Notes: generated from the letters alone by a model not told the origin. A DNA stretch of 64,000 nucleotides from Candidatus Hydrogenedentota bacterium (GCA_903893795.1 CAITNO010000061.1:640-64639), one strand, 5' to 3'; shown: positions 8,985-18,794, counted from the stretch's first letter. Numbers and translations: made by a program.

Positions 8985-9412
8985 TGTCGTCAGTATGCCG
9001 CATGGGATGATGCTGGAAAGTCCGCAGCGAGATTTGCGTTCATGGAAGCGCAGTTTCGGCGTTGTGGCGAGACGGGGCCACGTCGGTCGGACCAGTGATA
9101 AGCACTCCTTTCCGCTTGTCTAACGAGCCAGATCTTCCGTTCTATCCCTGAAATGCCATCCGAGCAGGACTGTTTGCCGCAAACGTCCCCCATCCCTGGG
9201 CGTCGGGAACTCTGGACCGTGCCCCCCCGAACCAACCCCTCACTCCGTCCTCCATGCATCCGCGTGGCGCATCCCCGGCTGTTGCAGTGGACGCGGCTCG
9301 CCAACGCGTTGACCGCGCAACAACAAAACCCTCGGACGCATATTGACCATCTGAGGGAGTCCGGGGGGAGGCTGCAACACAGGGCGGGCGCGCAGTTCGT
9401 CGCCTGCGAACC

Positions 9413-9751
9413 ATGGAGGATATGCCGATGGGCTTCACGAGGTACTGGGTCCGACCGAGGGAACTGGATGCGGAGCGGTTCCGCGCCTTTGCCGACGCCT
9501 GCAATGATGTGTGCGCCGAACGGGCGGAAGACTTGGCTGGCGCCGCCTTCACCGCGGAAGAGGTTCGCTTCCAGGGCAACCCTGGCTGCGAAATGTTCCT
9601 GATAGAGCGCGTCTCGACCAGGGACCGGCACGGCGCGCCGGTTTTCGAGTTCTGCAAGACGCAGCGCCTGCCCTACGACACCGCCGTGGCGCGGTGCTTG
9701 CGCATCCTGAAGGACCACTTCCCCGAGGTGGACATCCCCGACCCGGCCTGA
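9413..9751 (+). CDS. Hypothetical protein, 112 aa
   Basis: Protein-like composition (…FCKTQRLPYDTAVARCLRILKDHF…), unlike the Arg/Pro/Ser-rich overlapping ORFs. No domain recognised. Confidence 0.55.
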   Translation: MEDMPMGFTRYWVRPRELDAERFRAFADACNDVCAERAEDLAGAAFTAEEVRFQGNPGCEMFLIERVSTRDRHGAPVFEFCKTQRLPYDTAVARCLRILKDHFPEVDIPDPA

Positions 9752-10020
9752 CCGCCGTTGGTCGAAATGGAATGCCGGAACCCGCCATGGGTTCCGGTCT
9801 TTTCTTGAGCATTCGGCAACGGGTAAGTTCCAGATACTGATTAGCCCGCACGACGACCGAAACAAGAACTAACGAGACCTCGGACGTTCGGCGCCCGGTA
9901 GTAAAGCGGGCATATTCGGGTGTAACATGTTGCGCCGCCCATGGGGAGACTGTATTTCTAGTGCACTTGCTTGGGGGGTGAGCGGCGACAGGTTCAGGAA
10001 CTGGATAACGGGGTAATGTA

Positions 10021-11463
10021 ATGAGGAAAGCGTCGGTCGGTAAAGCCAGCAAGAAATCCAAAAGGGCCGCAATACCCCCAACAGAAAAAACGGACGGGAC
10101 CGATTCTAAGCAGGTCTCCCAAGGCGTCAAGTTCAAGCCCTCGCCGATATTTTTCGACTGGCCGGACGAATCACGGTCAGCCAGAACGAAGAAGTACAAG
10201 GATTTCGCCCGAGTTGAAAAGACATACTTCGGGAGAACCATTGCTAAAAAGACAACGTCAAATGTAGCCAAAGCAGTAGAAGCCTCGGGTCCGCTGGCAG
10301 CCTTCGAAGCAAAAGTCAATGTGCCGGATTCTCTTTCAGCACCACCAGCACCTAAAGCACCACTGGACTTAAGCCCGATTCTTGTCAGCACAAATTCAGA
10401 ACACGAGAGCCCTGATGTGACGAGAGAGAGCCTGTGCAGATTCGCAGAATCCATACAGCGGGCCGCGTTGCGCATACTTCGGAAGGGACTGTGCGATAAA
10501 GATTGCAACGCGCGTTTAGAAGACATTTGTGCTTCCCCCCGGAAATGCAACGTTGAACGCTATTGGCGAAGCCTGCGCACGATCATATTTATCGGGCGCA
10601 GCATCGGCAATTCAAATGCTTCTACCTTGGAGGCTGGAACCCTCGCAGATCTGAAGAAGCGACTGCGCAGGTCCTTCGAATTGGAACTGGAATTGGATCG
10701 CGACATGAGGCGTATTCAGTATATTGATAGCTACACAAAAGAAGGCGGGTACTTCAAGACTCTAATCGAAGAACTTTACAAACACTGGGGCAAGCCGCAG
10801 CGCGGCGGTTTTAATATACCTCGTAAAGACCGGATGTTTGCCATCCTTGCACTAATGCGCGCAGAGGACTCAATCCGATTCGGCACGATGCAGGGACCCT
10901 CCTCTGAAGAGAATGATCCCTTGTGCGATGACGATTGCGAAGGGGGGGAAACGTACACCTTGGTGGGGCCAGACTCTCCCGAGAGCTTGGGCGCACTGCG
11001 AGACGCAATTCACGCTCTTGTTTGTGCCTACCACGTCGACATAAATGCTCACACACCCAAGAAAAGCGGGTTAAATGATTATGGTAGCTGGTGCATCGTC
11101 GAATTCGAGGCTTTGGCACTCAAAGAAAAACTATGTGAGTACGAGATAGAATTTGGTCGGGGGACAAAACTACTTGCTGAAGGCCTCGAAGCGAGGCATC
11201 TTGCGTGGGATTACTTTGACTCTCTATTGTGCCCCGACGGCCACACGGGCGACGAGATAAGTGAAGCTCATGAAATCGCGAAGAAACTTAAGCATGACCC
11301 TCATGGGGAGGTGGCTGGGCTCATCGAGTATGCGGGTAAGCAAGGGTACAGAAACGCCAAAATAATCTTCATGCATCCAAAGTTCCCCGGGCCAAAATAC
11401 TTAGTGGAAAATACAATCTACAACTATCTCAAAAGAAAACACAAGGAACATACCGAGTCATAG
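10021..11463 (+). CDS. Hypothetical protein, 480 aa, Lys-rich disordered N-terminus
   Basis: Long ORF in a visibly more A/T-rich stretch with balanced amino-acid composition. No domain recognised. Confidence 0.7.
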   Translation: MRKASVGKASKKSKRAAIPPTEKTDGTDSKQVSQGVKFKPSPIFFDWPDESRSARTKKYKDFARVEKTYFGRTIAKKTTSNVAKAVEASGPLAAFEAKVNVPDSLSAPPAPKAPLDLSPILVSTNSEHESPDVTRESLCRFAESIQRAALRILRKGLCDKDCNARLEDICASPRKCNVERYWRSLRTIIFIGRSIGNSNASTLEAGTLADLKKRLRRSFELELELDRDMRRIQYIDSYTKEGGYFKTLIEELYKHWGKPQRGGFNIPRKDRMFAILALMRAEDSIRFGTMQGPSSEENDPLCDDDCEGGETYTLVGPDSPESLGALRDAIHALVCAYHVDINAHTPKKSGLNDYGSWCIVEFEALALKEKLCEYEIEFGRGTKLLAEGLEARHLAWDYFDSLLCPDGHTGDEISEAHEIAKKLKHDPHGEVAGLIEYAGKQGYRNAKIIFMHPKFPGPKYLVENTIYNYLKRKHKEHTES

Positions 11464-11815
11464 CCATCTTGCGCAATGACTCTTTACGCACCCGCCCCAC
11501 GTCGTGTTCTTGCCAGCTTGACGACTGGCAGGCTCGGGCTCCAATACAGACGGTGAGCCATTGCTCCTCTCGGGAGCTGCTATAGCTGACAGGCGTGATG
11601 TGCCACCTTTCTACCGCTTGCCACCCTCATACCGACCACGCCTATCTACGGAAAACGCTCCCCATTACCTGATGGAAAACAGAGCGCAATTCCGTTGAAT
11701 TCCACAGCATACATCCCTGTTCATTCCACATTTTCTCAGGCCTAATACTTTGTATGGACTCAGTTGTCGACTGAGCGTTCAACGGCGTTCGGAACAAAGT
11801 AAAAGGACTTGAGCA

Positions 11816-12145
11816 ATGATGAAACTGAAGACCAGGCATTACGTGAAATCTGGTGGCGGCCATCTCTTGAAGGAAAAGGCCACGCCCGTCGCCAACTGGA
11901 CTTGGCCGGAAGACGAGCAAATTGAAGCCGAATCGGAGGCGGATATCCGCTACCGGGCATATGGCAAGGCGCTCTTGACGCAGACGAAAGACCCCCTGAT
12001 GAGGGCAGCGTTTGCGGAAATCATCGAAACGGAGCTTGAGCGCGCGCCGGAAGACCGGATTCCCATCCCCGGTGTAACCCAACCGTTCGTGAATTACGTG
12101 CCTTCCCGCAGGCGCGGAGAATTCTTTGACCTGGGCGGCGATTAA
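11816..12145 (+). CDS. Hypothetical protein, 109 aa
   Basis: AAGGA-type Shine-Dalgarno a few nt upstream of the ATG. Acidic, protein-like sequence. No domain recognised. Confidence 0.4.
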   Translation: MMKLKTRHYVKSGGGHLLKEKATPVANWTWPEDEQIEAESEADIRYRAYGKALLTQTKDPLMRAAFAEIIETELERAPEDRIPIPGVTQPFVNYVPSRRRGEFFDLGGD

Positions 12146-12394
12146 GACATACGGGGAAGACGCCAGGGACCGTGAAAAACATTCGCCACCGCGTGCCCCC
12201 ATGTCTGTCAACAAACTACCCACAGCACATTGGTAGCGGCGCTCACTTGGGCGCCACCAAACTGGAGAGTGATTCATGAACGAAGAAAAGATGGCCCGCC
12301 CCCGTCGCCTACGCGCACCGCCGATGAGCAGACCGCCTGTCCCTGTCGGAACCCCCCAACAAAACACAAACCTCGAAAGAGAGAAGGGCAGAAC

Positions 12395-12808
12395 ATGAAA
12401 GTTTACGAATTCCCCCGTGAATACGGCCCCGATTGCCTGCCGCTGGTCGGATTGGCCGAAACGCAGGTGACTTACAGCCAAGGCTGGTGCCGAGAAGAGG
12501 GGCTCACCGAGATCGTCCAGGACTTTGCCATAGTGGACGACTCGGGGAGATATTTCTCGCGTACCCTATCCAACAAGCCGGATGACCTTCGTGTCATCCG
12601 ATTCGAGCTTTCCCTCATGGGCATATCCGTCGATGCCCATGAGGATGGCGCGCAGTTGATGGAACGGGCCATCACGGCCTACGAGGGGGTACCGTGTCTT
12701 GCCTTCCATTCCCGTGTCCCGCACCGGCGCGGCACGGTAATTCTGCTGAACAACTCCGCGGCGGATCTTCTTCTTGAACCCGTGTGGAACTGGATGGGGA
12801 GACACTAA
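12395..12808 (+). CDS. Hypothetical protein, about 137 aa (ORF track start 12230 judged too far upstream)
   Basis: ATG at 12395 is preceded by GAGAAGGG. The sequence from MKVYEFPREYG onward is protein-like, whereas the upstream extension is Pro/Arg/Thr-rich. Confidence 0.45.
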   Translation: MKVYEFPREYGPDCLPLVGLAETQVTYSQGWCREEGLTEIVQDFAIVDDSGRYFSRTLSNKPDDLRVIRFELSLMGISVDAHEDGAQLMERAITAYEGVPCLAFHSRVPHRRGTVILLNNSAADLLLEPVWNWMGRH

Positions 12809-12995
12809 CCCAAAACCTCGTTCCCGCCGGGCCGTGTTTGCCCAGCCCGACCCGGCGGCGTACGGGGCGATGAACGAAGCACTGCCAACCGTGGCCGACA
12901 TCGCGTCGAGCCCTTCCCGGTCCGGCGGCATAAGCAGGATACGGAGAGATGCTGAGAATTAGCGGCAAGCACGCCGCCCAACAAGGAGATCAACT

Positions 12996-13646
12996 ATGAG
13001 CGAGGAAAATGTAACCATCAGCACAGACCACGGCATGCCAGCGGCTGCAAGCCCTGCGCCTGACCCGACCGAAACCCCATCCGCCCCAGACCCTTTTGAT
13101 CCGGCCAGTTTACGGCTGGGCACCGAGGCCATGTCGGCGAACCTAGGCGTCACGCGCGAGCTCATTACCCTTCCCGTGCGGCGGCCTGGGAACGATGAGT
13201 GGGTCCGCGTCCACCCCGATGAAAGCTTCACACTTCAGACCGGCGTGCTCGAACTGAAGAGCGACCGCGAGGTCTACCTCGTGGCCCGGCCGCTGTGGCC
13301 AGAATTGGCGGATGAACCCGCCTTTTGTTGCAAGGCGCTTTTTACTGCGATGACAAGGCAGGGAGTGTGCATCCTGTGGCCGGTGCGCCTGCCTGGCGTG
13401 GACGGGAAGATAGATGCGTGGAACTCATCGGCCATGCAGGCCGCGCTGCTCTCACGCACGCGCTGGGTGCGGATGGCGTCGAACATGGCCCTTGGCGCCT
13501 ACGAGGTGACCACGGCATCCGCAAGGATCGCCGAGCCGGTCTGGCCGAGCAAGACGCTGCGCGAAATCCTTTCCATCGCTTTCAAGGATCGCTTGATCGA
13601 CACACTGGACCACCCCGTCCTGCAGCGCCTGCGCGGAGAAATCTAG
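12996..13646 (+). CDS. Hypothetical protein, 216 aa, directly abutting the polymerase gene
   Basis: Disordered N-terminus with DPFDPASLRL, then a globular part. The stop TAG (13644-13646) is immediately followed by the GTG start of the polymerase. Confidence 0.6.
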   Translation: MSEENVTISTDHGMPAAASPAPDPTETPSAPDPFDPASLRLGTEAMSANLGVTRELITLPVRRPGNDEWVRVHPDESFTLQTGVLELKSDREVYLVARPLWPELADEPAFCCKALFTAMTRQGVCILWPVRLPGVDGKIDAWNSSAMQAALLSRTRWVRMASNMALGAYEVTTASARIAEPVWPSKTLREILSIAFKDRLIDTLDHPVLQRLRGEI

Positions 13647-15434
13647 GTGGAGGCACCCTACCGAGACATCTGGTTTGTGGATTTCGAATTTTATCAGGCC
13701 GGGGGAGACCCACCGTCTCCCCTGTGCCTGGTGGCACGGGAACTGCACAGCAACCGCCTCATCCGCGTCTTCGGTGAGGATTTGCTCAAGATGGAGTCGG
13801 CGCCGTTTCCAACAGATGCGGACACCTTGTTCGTGGCGTACTACGCGTCTGCCGAGATCGGGTGCTTCTTGGCCTTGAAATGGCCCATACCCGTGCGCAT
13901 CTTGGACTTGTATGTTGAGTTTCGCAATCACACAAACGGTATGCCCCTGCCCCACGGTAGCGGGCTACTAGGCGCGATGGCTTACTTCGGACTCAACTGC
14001 ATCGAAGCAGTGGAAAAGACGGCTATGCGGGATCTTGCGCTGCGGGGCGGGCCGTACACGCACGCAGAGGCGGCGGCACTGCTTGACTACTGCCAGTCCG
14101 ATGTGGATGCCCTGGTGGACCTGCTGGGGCGCATGTGGGCGCACATTGATTTGCCGCGGGCGCTGCTCCGGGGGCGTTACATGGCCGCCGCGGCCCGAAT
14201 CGAGCGGGCGGGCACCCCCATAGATGTGCCGACTTTTGCACGTCTGGTCCGCAACTGGGACGCGGTGAAGGGAAAACTGCTCGGACGCGCCGACCGCCAC
14301 GGCCTTTGGGAGAAGGGAAGCTTCCGGGCCGCGCGGTTCGCCGCCTTCTTGGAGGAGCACAATATTGCTTGGCCGGTCGAGGAGGGGCGCCTGAAGCTCG
14401 ACGACACCACATTCCGCATGATGGCCAAGGCACGTCCGGAGATCGCCTCAATACAGGAGCTTCGGCATACCCTGTCGCAATTAAGGCTCAACGATCTTGC
14501 TGTCGGCGCAGACGGCTTCAACAGGTGCCTTCTTTCCGTTTTCCGTGCCAAGACATCAAGAAACCAGCCGAGCAACTCGAAATTCATCTTCGGCCCCTCC
14601 GTGTGGCTGCGGGGGCTCATAAAGCCACCAGAGGGGTTTGCCGCTGCGTACGTAGATTATTCCCAACAAGAATTTGGCATCGCAGCGGCGATCTCGGGTG
14701 ACGTGGTCATGATGGATGCCTACGCCAGCGGGGATCCCTACATGGCCTTTGCGATACAAGCTGGCGCTGTGCCGATCGACGCGACCAAGCAGAGTCACCC
14801 CGTCGATCGGTCCCGCTTCAAGGTCTGTGTTTTAGCCGTGCAGTACGGGCAGGGCGAGGATTCACTGGCCACAAAGCTGGGGGAATCCAAGTCCACCGCG
14901 CGCCATCTCCTACAACTGCACCGACAGACCTACCGCCGGTACTGGGAGTGGAACGATGACCTCGTTAACTCGGCGCTACTAGGGTTCCCCCTGCGGACAG
15001 TGTTCGGCTGGACCTTGCACCCCGCCGGGAAGCTGAACGCCCGTAGCCTCGCGAACTTCCCCTCGCAAGCGCATGGCGCGGAGATTCTCAGGCTGGCCGC
15101 CAGCATGGTCACGGAGGGCGGCATCACGGTATGTGCCCCGGTGCATGACGCACTCCTGGTGATGGCGGAGTCCGACCGCATCGACGAGGTCGTGGCGGCC
15201 ACGCAGGCGCTGATGGCTGAGGCCAGCACCATTGTTCTCAACGGCTTCGAGCTGCGCTCCGACGCACAGATATTCCGCCACCCGGAACGCTATGCCGACG
15301 AGCGCGGAGTTGAAATGTGGGGGACAGTCATGGACATTCTTGATGAACTGGAGGCGGGCCATGTCGGACCAACCTGTATCGCAGGCGTGCAAGCACCTGT
15401 ATCGGCGCTGAACACCCGCGCCATCTCATCATAA
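13647..15434 (+). CDS. Family-A (Pol I-like) DNA polymerase with N-terminal 3'-5' exonuclease domain and no 5'-3' exonuclease domain
   Basis: Exo motifs: FVDFEF (ExoI DxE) and LLDYCQSDVDAL (ExoIII YxxxD). Pol motif A is YVDYSQQEFGIAA, motif B is RSRFKVCVLAVQYGQG (R...K......YG), motif C is CAPVHDALLV (HDA rather than HDE). Confidence 0.82.
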   Translation: MEAPYRDIWFVDFEFYQAGGDPPSPLCLVARELHSNRLIRVFGEDLLKMESAPFPTDADTLFVAYYASAEIGCFLALKWPIPVRILDLYVEFRNHTNGMPLPHGSGLLGAMAYFGLNCIEAVEKTAMRDLALRGGPYTHAEAAALLDYCQSDVDALVDLLGRMWAHIDLPRALLRGRYMAAAARIERAGTPIDVPTFARLVRNWDAVKGKLLGRADRHGLWEKGSFRAARFAAFLEEHNIAWPVEEGRLKLDDTTFRMMAKARPEIASIQELRHTLSQLRLNDLAVGADGFNRCLLSVFRAKTSRNQPSNSKFIFGPSVWLRGLIKPPEGFAAAYVDYSQQEFGIAAAISGDVVMMDAYASGDPYMAFAIQAGAVPIDATKQSHPVDRSRFKVCVLAVQYGQGEDSLATKLGESKSTARHLLQLHRQTYRRYWEWNDDLVNSALLGFPLRTVFGWTLHPAGKLNARSLANFPSQAHGAEILRLAASMVTEGGITVCAPVHDALLVMAESDRIDEVVAATQALMAEASTIVLNGFELRSDAQIFRHPERYADERGVEMWGTVMDILDELEAGHVGPTCIAGVQAPVSALNTRAISS

Positions 15435-15463
15435 TCTTATTTTGAACTAAAGGGAGTGAATGG

Positions 15464-15853
15464 ATGCTGCCCGAGATAAATTCCCAAGACTATGAATCCG
15501 CAACGCCCATGAAATTGGACGCACTGTTGAAGCGCAAGATCCCGCGCCAGTTGCGTCCGTTCCTTCGAGGTCCCATCCCAATCTGGTGGCTCGCGAAAGC
15601 CGCTGGGTTGCCCGGCAGGACGCTTGCTGTGGGCTTGGCCCTGTGGTACAGGAAGGGTATTACCAATATGGACACCGTAAAGCCCTCCTGGAAGCTGTGG
15701 GCGACGCTCGGAATTGGGCGTCATGCTGCCTACCGGGGGCTCGCAAATCTTGAGGCCGCTGGCCTCGTGGCTATTGACCGCCGGGTTGGTAGGAATCCAT
15801 TAGTGACCATCAGAACGGTGCCCCCTGATGCGGCGAATGCGGTGGAACAGTAA
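15464..15853 (+). CDS. Small winged-helix-like DNA-binding protein (putative)
   Basis: 129 aa. C-terminal GIGRHAAYRGLANLEAAGLVAIDRR resembles a wHTH recognition helix plus wing. AGGGAG Shine-Dalgarno upstream. Confidence 0.5.
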   Translation: MLPEINSQDYESATPMKLDALLKRKIPRQLRPFLRGPIPIWWLAKAAGLPGRTLAVGLALWYRKGITNMDTVKPSWKLWATLGIGRHAAYRGLANLEAAGLVAIDRRVGRNPLVTIRTVPPDAANAVEQ

Positions 15854-16156
15854 TCGGGGGGAGGGTCCTAAGAGCGTCCAGCCGCCATGGCTAGTGCGAC
15901 AATTTTTTCCGTTGCCCCGATGGAGCCCCGTCAAGCATGAATCGCGGGCAGGAATGGGGGAGAGGCTGTCGTGGCAAGTGTCTGGTATTGGCTGGGTTGT
16001 GCGGTGGCCCTCGTTGTGCCGCACAACGGCTTGTACGAGAACATACGCAGACAAAAGGGTAAATTCTGCGCGACACTCGCCGTCCGTGCCGGTCCGGCGC
16101 AGAGTTATTCGGACTTTGAAAGCAGATACCAGCGGTGAGTTGGAAAATAGGAGTTG

Positions 16157-16194
16157 ATCTTGAGGGAAAAAGAGGGTAGTATTTCCCTCAAGAT
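16157..16194 (+). promoter_or_regulatory. Perfect 13-bp inverted repeat with 12-nt spacer over the abiEi ribosome-binding site and start codon; candidate operator or translational hairpin
   Basis: ATCTTGAGGGAAA (16157-16169) and TTTCCCTCAAGAT (16182-16194) are exact reverse complements. The loop AAGAGGGTAGTA holds the GAGGG Shine-Dalgarno, and the right arm includes the AT of ATG 16193. Confidence 0.5.
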
Positions 16195-16819
16195 GGCAGG
16201 ACAGAAGAGCCCAGATTCCGTTGACACGGCAGTGAACATGCGCTTGGAGTCGCAACCCGAGGGTTGGGTCTTTACGCCGGACGTGTTTTTCGATTTGGGC
16301 AGCCGCCGCGCGGTGGACATGGCGCTTGCGAGGCAACTGCGCCGCGGAAACATCCGACGCCTGGCCCGTGGCATCTATGATCGTCCCAAGACCCACCCGC
16401 AACTCGGCCTCCTTTCACCCTCGGTGGAGGCAATAGCCGAGGCTCTCAGGGGACGGGATGCCATCCGCCTACAGCCTTCCGGCGCGTACGCGGCCAATCT
16501 TTTGGGTCTGTCCGGACAGGTCCCCATGAGGGTGGTCTTTCTCACGGATGGCATCTCGCGCCACGTCAGGATTGGACAGCGCGAGATTGTTCTCAAACAA
16601 ACAACGCCCCGCAATATGGCTACGGCAGGCCGTGTCAGTGGAACCGTAATCCAAGCACTGCGCTGGCTTGGCGCACAGCATGTGGATGACGGTGCCATCA
16701 ACGCGCTCAAGCAGCGGCTAAACGACGAAGACAAGCGGACTCTTCTCAAAGACATCCGTCATGCGCCTGCTTGGATAGGAAAACTAATCCGCATCATTGC
16801 CGACGAGACGGGGGTATAG
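16193..16819 (+). CDS. abiEi: AbiEi-family type IV antitoxin / transcriptional regulator
   Basis: N-terminal wHTH-like ALARQLRRGNIRRLARGIYDRP is typical of AbiEi. It lies immediately upstream of an AbiEii gene, with a 2-nt gap. Confidence 0.75.
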   Translation: MAGQKSPDSVDTAVNMRLESQPEGWVFTPDVFFDLGSRRAVDMALARQLRRGNIRRLARGIYDRPKTHPQLGLLSPSVEAIAEALRGRDAIRLQPSGAYAANLLGLSGQVPMRVVFLTDGISRHVRIGQREIVLKQTTPRNMATAGRVSGTVIQALRWLGAQHVDDGAINALKQRLNDEDKRTLLKDIRHAPAWIGKLIRIIADETGV

Positions 16820-16821
16820 CC

Positions 16822-17829
16822 TTGGACAGCTATCTGCGCCTGACACCCGATGAGCAACGCACGTATTGCGAGCAGGCCGGTGCGGATTTGGGATTGCCTC
16901 CCGCCAGCATCGAGAAAGACTTTTGGGTGTGTTGGGTCCTCAAAGAACTCTTTTCTTTGCCTGGCATCGGCAATGACCTGACGTTCAAGGGAGGCACTTC
17001 GTTGTCGAAGGGATGGGGACTGATCCAACGCTTTTCTGAAGATATCGATATCGTTATCAAGCGATCACGCCTGGGTGTCGGGGAAAGGCCTGAGAAAGAG
17101 AGCAGCAATGCGTGGAAGCAATACCTCGAAACCTTGAGCGCGAAGACACGTGATTTTATCGCCACAACGCTGACGCCGACCTTGAAGGAACGACTGTCAC
17201 AACGCCTGCCCGGAGGCATGGAATGGGAACTTATCCATATTCAGGATGACGCTGCCAATGAAGTCATTCTGTTCCGCTATCCGCCGGTTCTTCCAGAACA
17301 CGGATATCTAAGTCCTGCCGTGAAAGTCGAGCCCGGCGCGCGCTCGGATACCGCCCCGACGGAGCGCCGCTCCATCAACGCCTTTCTCACGGACCTGCTG
17401 AAGGGGGAACCTTTTGAGGTCCTGTGCGTCCACCCAAAGCGCACCTTTTTGGAAAAGACCATGCTGCTTCATGAGGAGCTGTGCCGGAATGATGGCCGCC
17501 CGCCGAAAGCCCGGCTGGCCCGCCACTATTATGACCTCGCGCGGCTCATTGAAGCGGGTGTCGGTGACCAGGCATTGTCGGACCCGGCGCTGTTCGATGC
17601 CGTGGCGAAACACCGTGCTGTATTCTTCCGCAAATCTGAGGCTGCTAGGAAATCCATGCAGCGCGGGACTATTTGCCTTGTGCCGTCCGCCGCACAGCGC
17701 GCCCATTGGGAACGCGACTATGACGCCATGCGGGAGGTGATGTTCTATGGCCCGCCGCCGCCCAGTTTCAAAGATATTCTGCAAACGGTGGCGGAATTCG
17801 AGCGAAAGCTGAACGGCGTGGAAGATTAA
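16822..17829 (+). CDS. abiEii: AbiEii/AbiGii-family nucleotidyltransferase toxin (DUF1814)
   Basis: FKGGTSLSKGWGLIQRFSEDIDIVI matches the AbiEii NTase motif (GGT.L ... R.S.DID). TTG at 16822 is in frame just after the abiEi stop; the ORF track start 16771 would overlap abiEi. Confidence 0.8.
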   Translation: MDSYLRLTPDEQRTYCEQAGADLGLPPASIEKDFWVCWVLKELFSLPGIGNDLTFKGGTSLSKGWGLIQRFSEDIDIVIKRSRLGVGERPEKESSNAWKQYLETLSAKTRDFIATTLTPTLKERLSQRLPGGMEWELIHIQDDAANEVILFRYPPVLPEHGYLSPAVKVEPGARSDTAPTERRSINAFLTDLLKGEPFEVLCVHPKRTFLEKTMLLHEELCRNDGRPPKARLARHYYDLARLIEAGVGDQALSDPALFDAVAKHRAVFFRKSEAARKSMQRGTICLVPSAAQRAHWERDYDAMREVMFYGPPPPSFKDILQTVAEFERKLNGVED

Positions 17830-17897
17830 CCGACTGTTGCGGCACCTAACGATTGTCACGCGTTGTTGCGCACGTCTGTCCTCTCCACCCGCCAATG

Positions 17898-18794
17898 TCA
17901 TTTTTCCATTGATGACGTTTGGATGATTCTTTCAAACTCACCAAGAATGTCCTGATAATGGGAAGAAAGATAGCGGACCACGCGGCTGTTTCCGAGCAAC
18001 TTGGTGAGGTAGCCACGCGCAAGCACAAGATGCATCATGTTCGGCCCGTAGCTCTCCTCCACCTCTCGGACACCCTGTTCCAATGATTCCATCTCGCGCT
18101 GCATACGCGCCATGTCTTCAGGGTTGATCCTTCTTGACACCTTGTCTTGGATATTCCCAAGTCTTAGGTCTGGCGGTGTTGCCGCAATGAGAGCGAATGT
18201 GTAGAGTGGAGAAAAGTTGCCCACCGATATCATCAGCTCTGCGATTTCAATCTGACGCACCGGTTTGACTTTGTGCAGGGCACGCAGTCCGTTTGTGCTA
18301 ACCGGTTTGTCCCGCAGCAGAGCAACAACTTCGGGGCAGATATCGTTCAACAGATCGCGTTTCTTGCGGATATGCCCGATATCCACGTTGAGTGCCTTGG
18401 CAAGCCTCTCCTCGCTGACGCCATTCTCGATGGCACGCATAATCATGTAGTGTTCCTGGATGGGAACGAGACGGTTGACCTTGTGGTTATATGTATAACC
18501 CTCGTCGTCCTTTGAGATCAGGCAGAATATTTCCGTGTTGCCAAGCGCTTTGTAGACATCGACACGCATGTGACCATCGAGCAAAAGGTACTGTTTGGGT
18601 TTGCCGGGGTTGCCCTTCACGGGATAGACAACGGGTGGTTCGATGAGACCAACCTCCTTGACCGACGCCATGATTGCAGCGTATTTACTGCCTTTGCGCA
18701 GGGTCGAGTTGATCGATTTGCTCGGGAGGAGACGGTCAATGGGCAGAGTCTGACCTTCTTGAAGAAACCCTATCTTTACAGGCTTCACATTCAT
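17898..18794 (-). CDS. ParB N-terminal-domain protein (ParB/RepB-like), second copy
   Basis: IEPPVVYP...YLLLDGHMRV (ParB-box-like DGHxR), then an HTH-like region ERLAKALNVDIGHIRKKR. It starts 5 nt after the upstream ParB-like gene. Confidence 0.75.
   Translation of the reverse strand: MNVKPVKIGFLQEGQTLPIDRLLPSKSINSTLRKGSKYAAIMASVKEVGLIEPPVVYPVKGNPGKPKQYLLLDGHMRVDVYKALGNTEIFCLISKDDEGYTYNHKVNRLVPIQEHYMIMRAIENGVSEERLAKALNVDIGHIRKKRDLLNDICPEVVALLRDKPVSTNGLRALHKVKPVRQIEIAELMISVGNFSPLYTFALIAATPPDLRLGNIQDKVSRRINPEDMARMQREMESLEQGVREVEESYGPNMMHLVLARGYLTKLLGNSRVVRYLSSHYQDILGEFERIIQTSSMEK

Noticed and set aside
8990-9865. 291-aa minus-strand ORF spanning the spacer after the helicase gene; also the 171-aa ORF 9142-9657 and the 149-aa ORF 9153-9602.
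   Set aside because: The translations are Arg/Pro/Ser/Ala-rich and low in complexity. They overlap the more protein-like plus-strand ORF 9413-9751. No motif and no plausible ribosome-binding site were seen.
9549-10550. 333-aa minus-strand ORF overlapping the 5' part of the 480-aa gene.
   Set aside because: Ser/Arg/Pro-rich translation. The plus-strand 10021-11463 frame is longer, has balanced composition and fits the orientation of its neighbours.
11642-12481. 279-aa minus-strand ORF overlapping the two small plus-strand ORFs (11816-12145 and 12395-12808).
   Set aside because: Arg/Gly/Phe-rich, low-complexity translation. I preferred the plus-strand ORFs, which have SD-like sequences, but confidence in that region is low either way.
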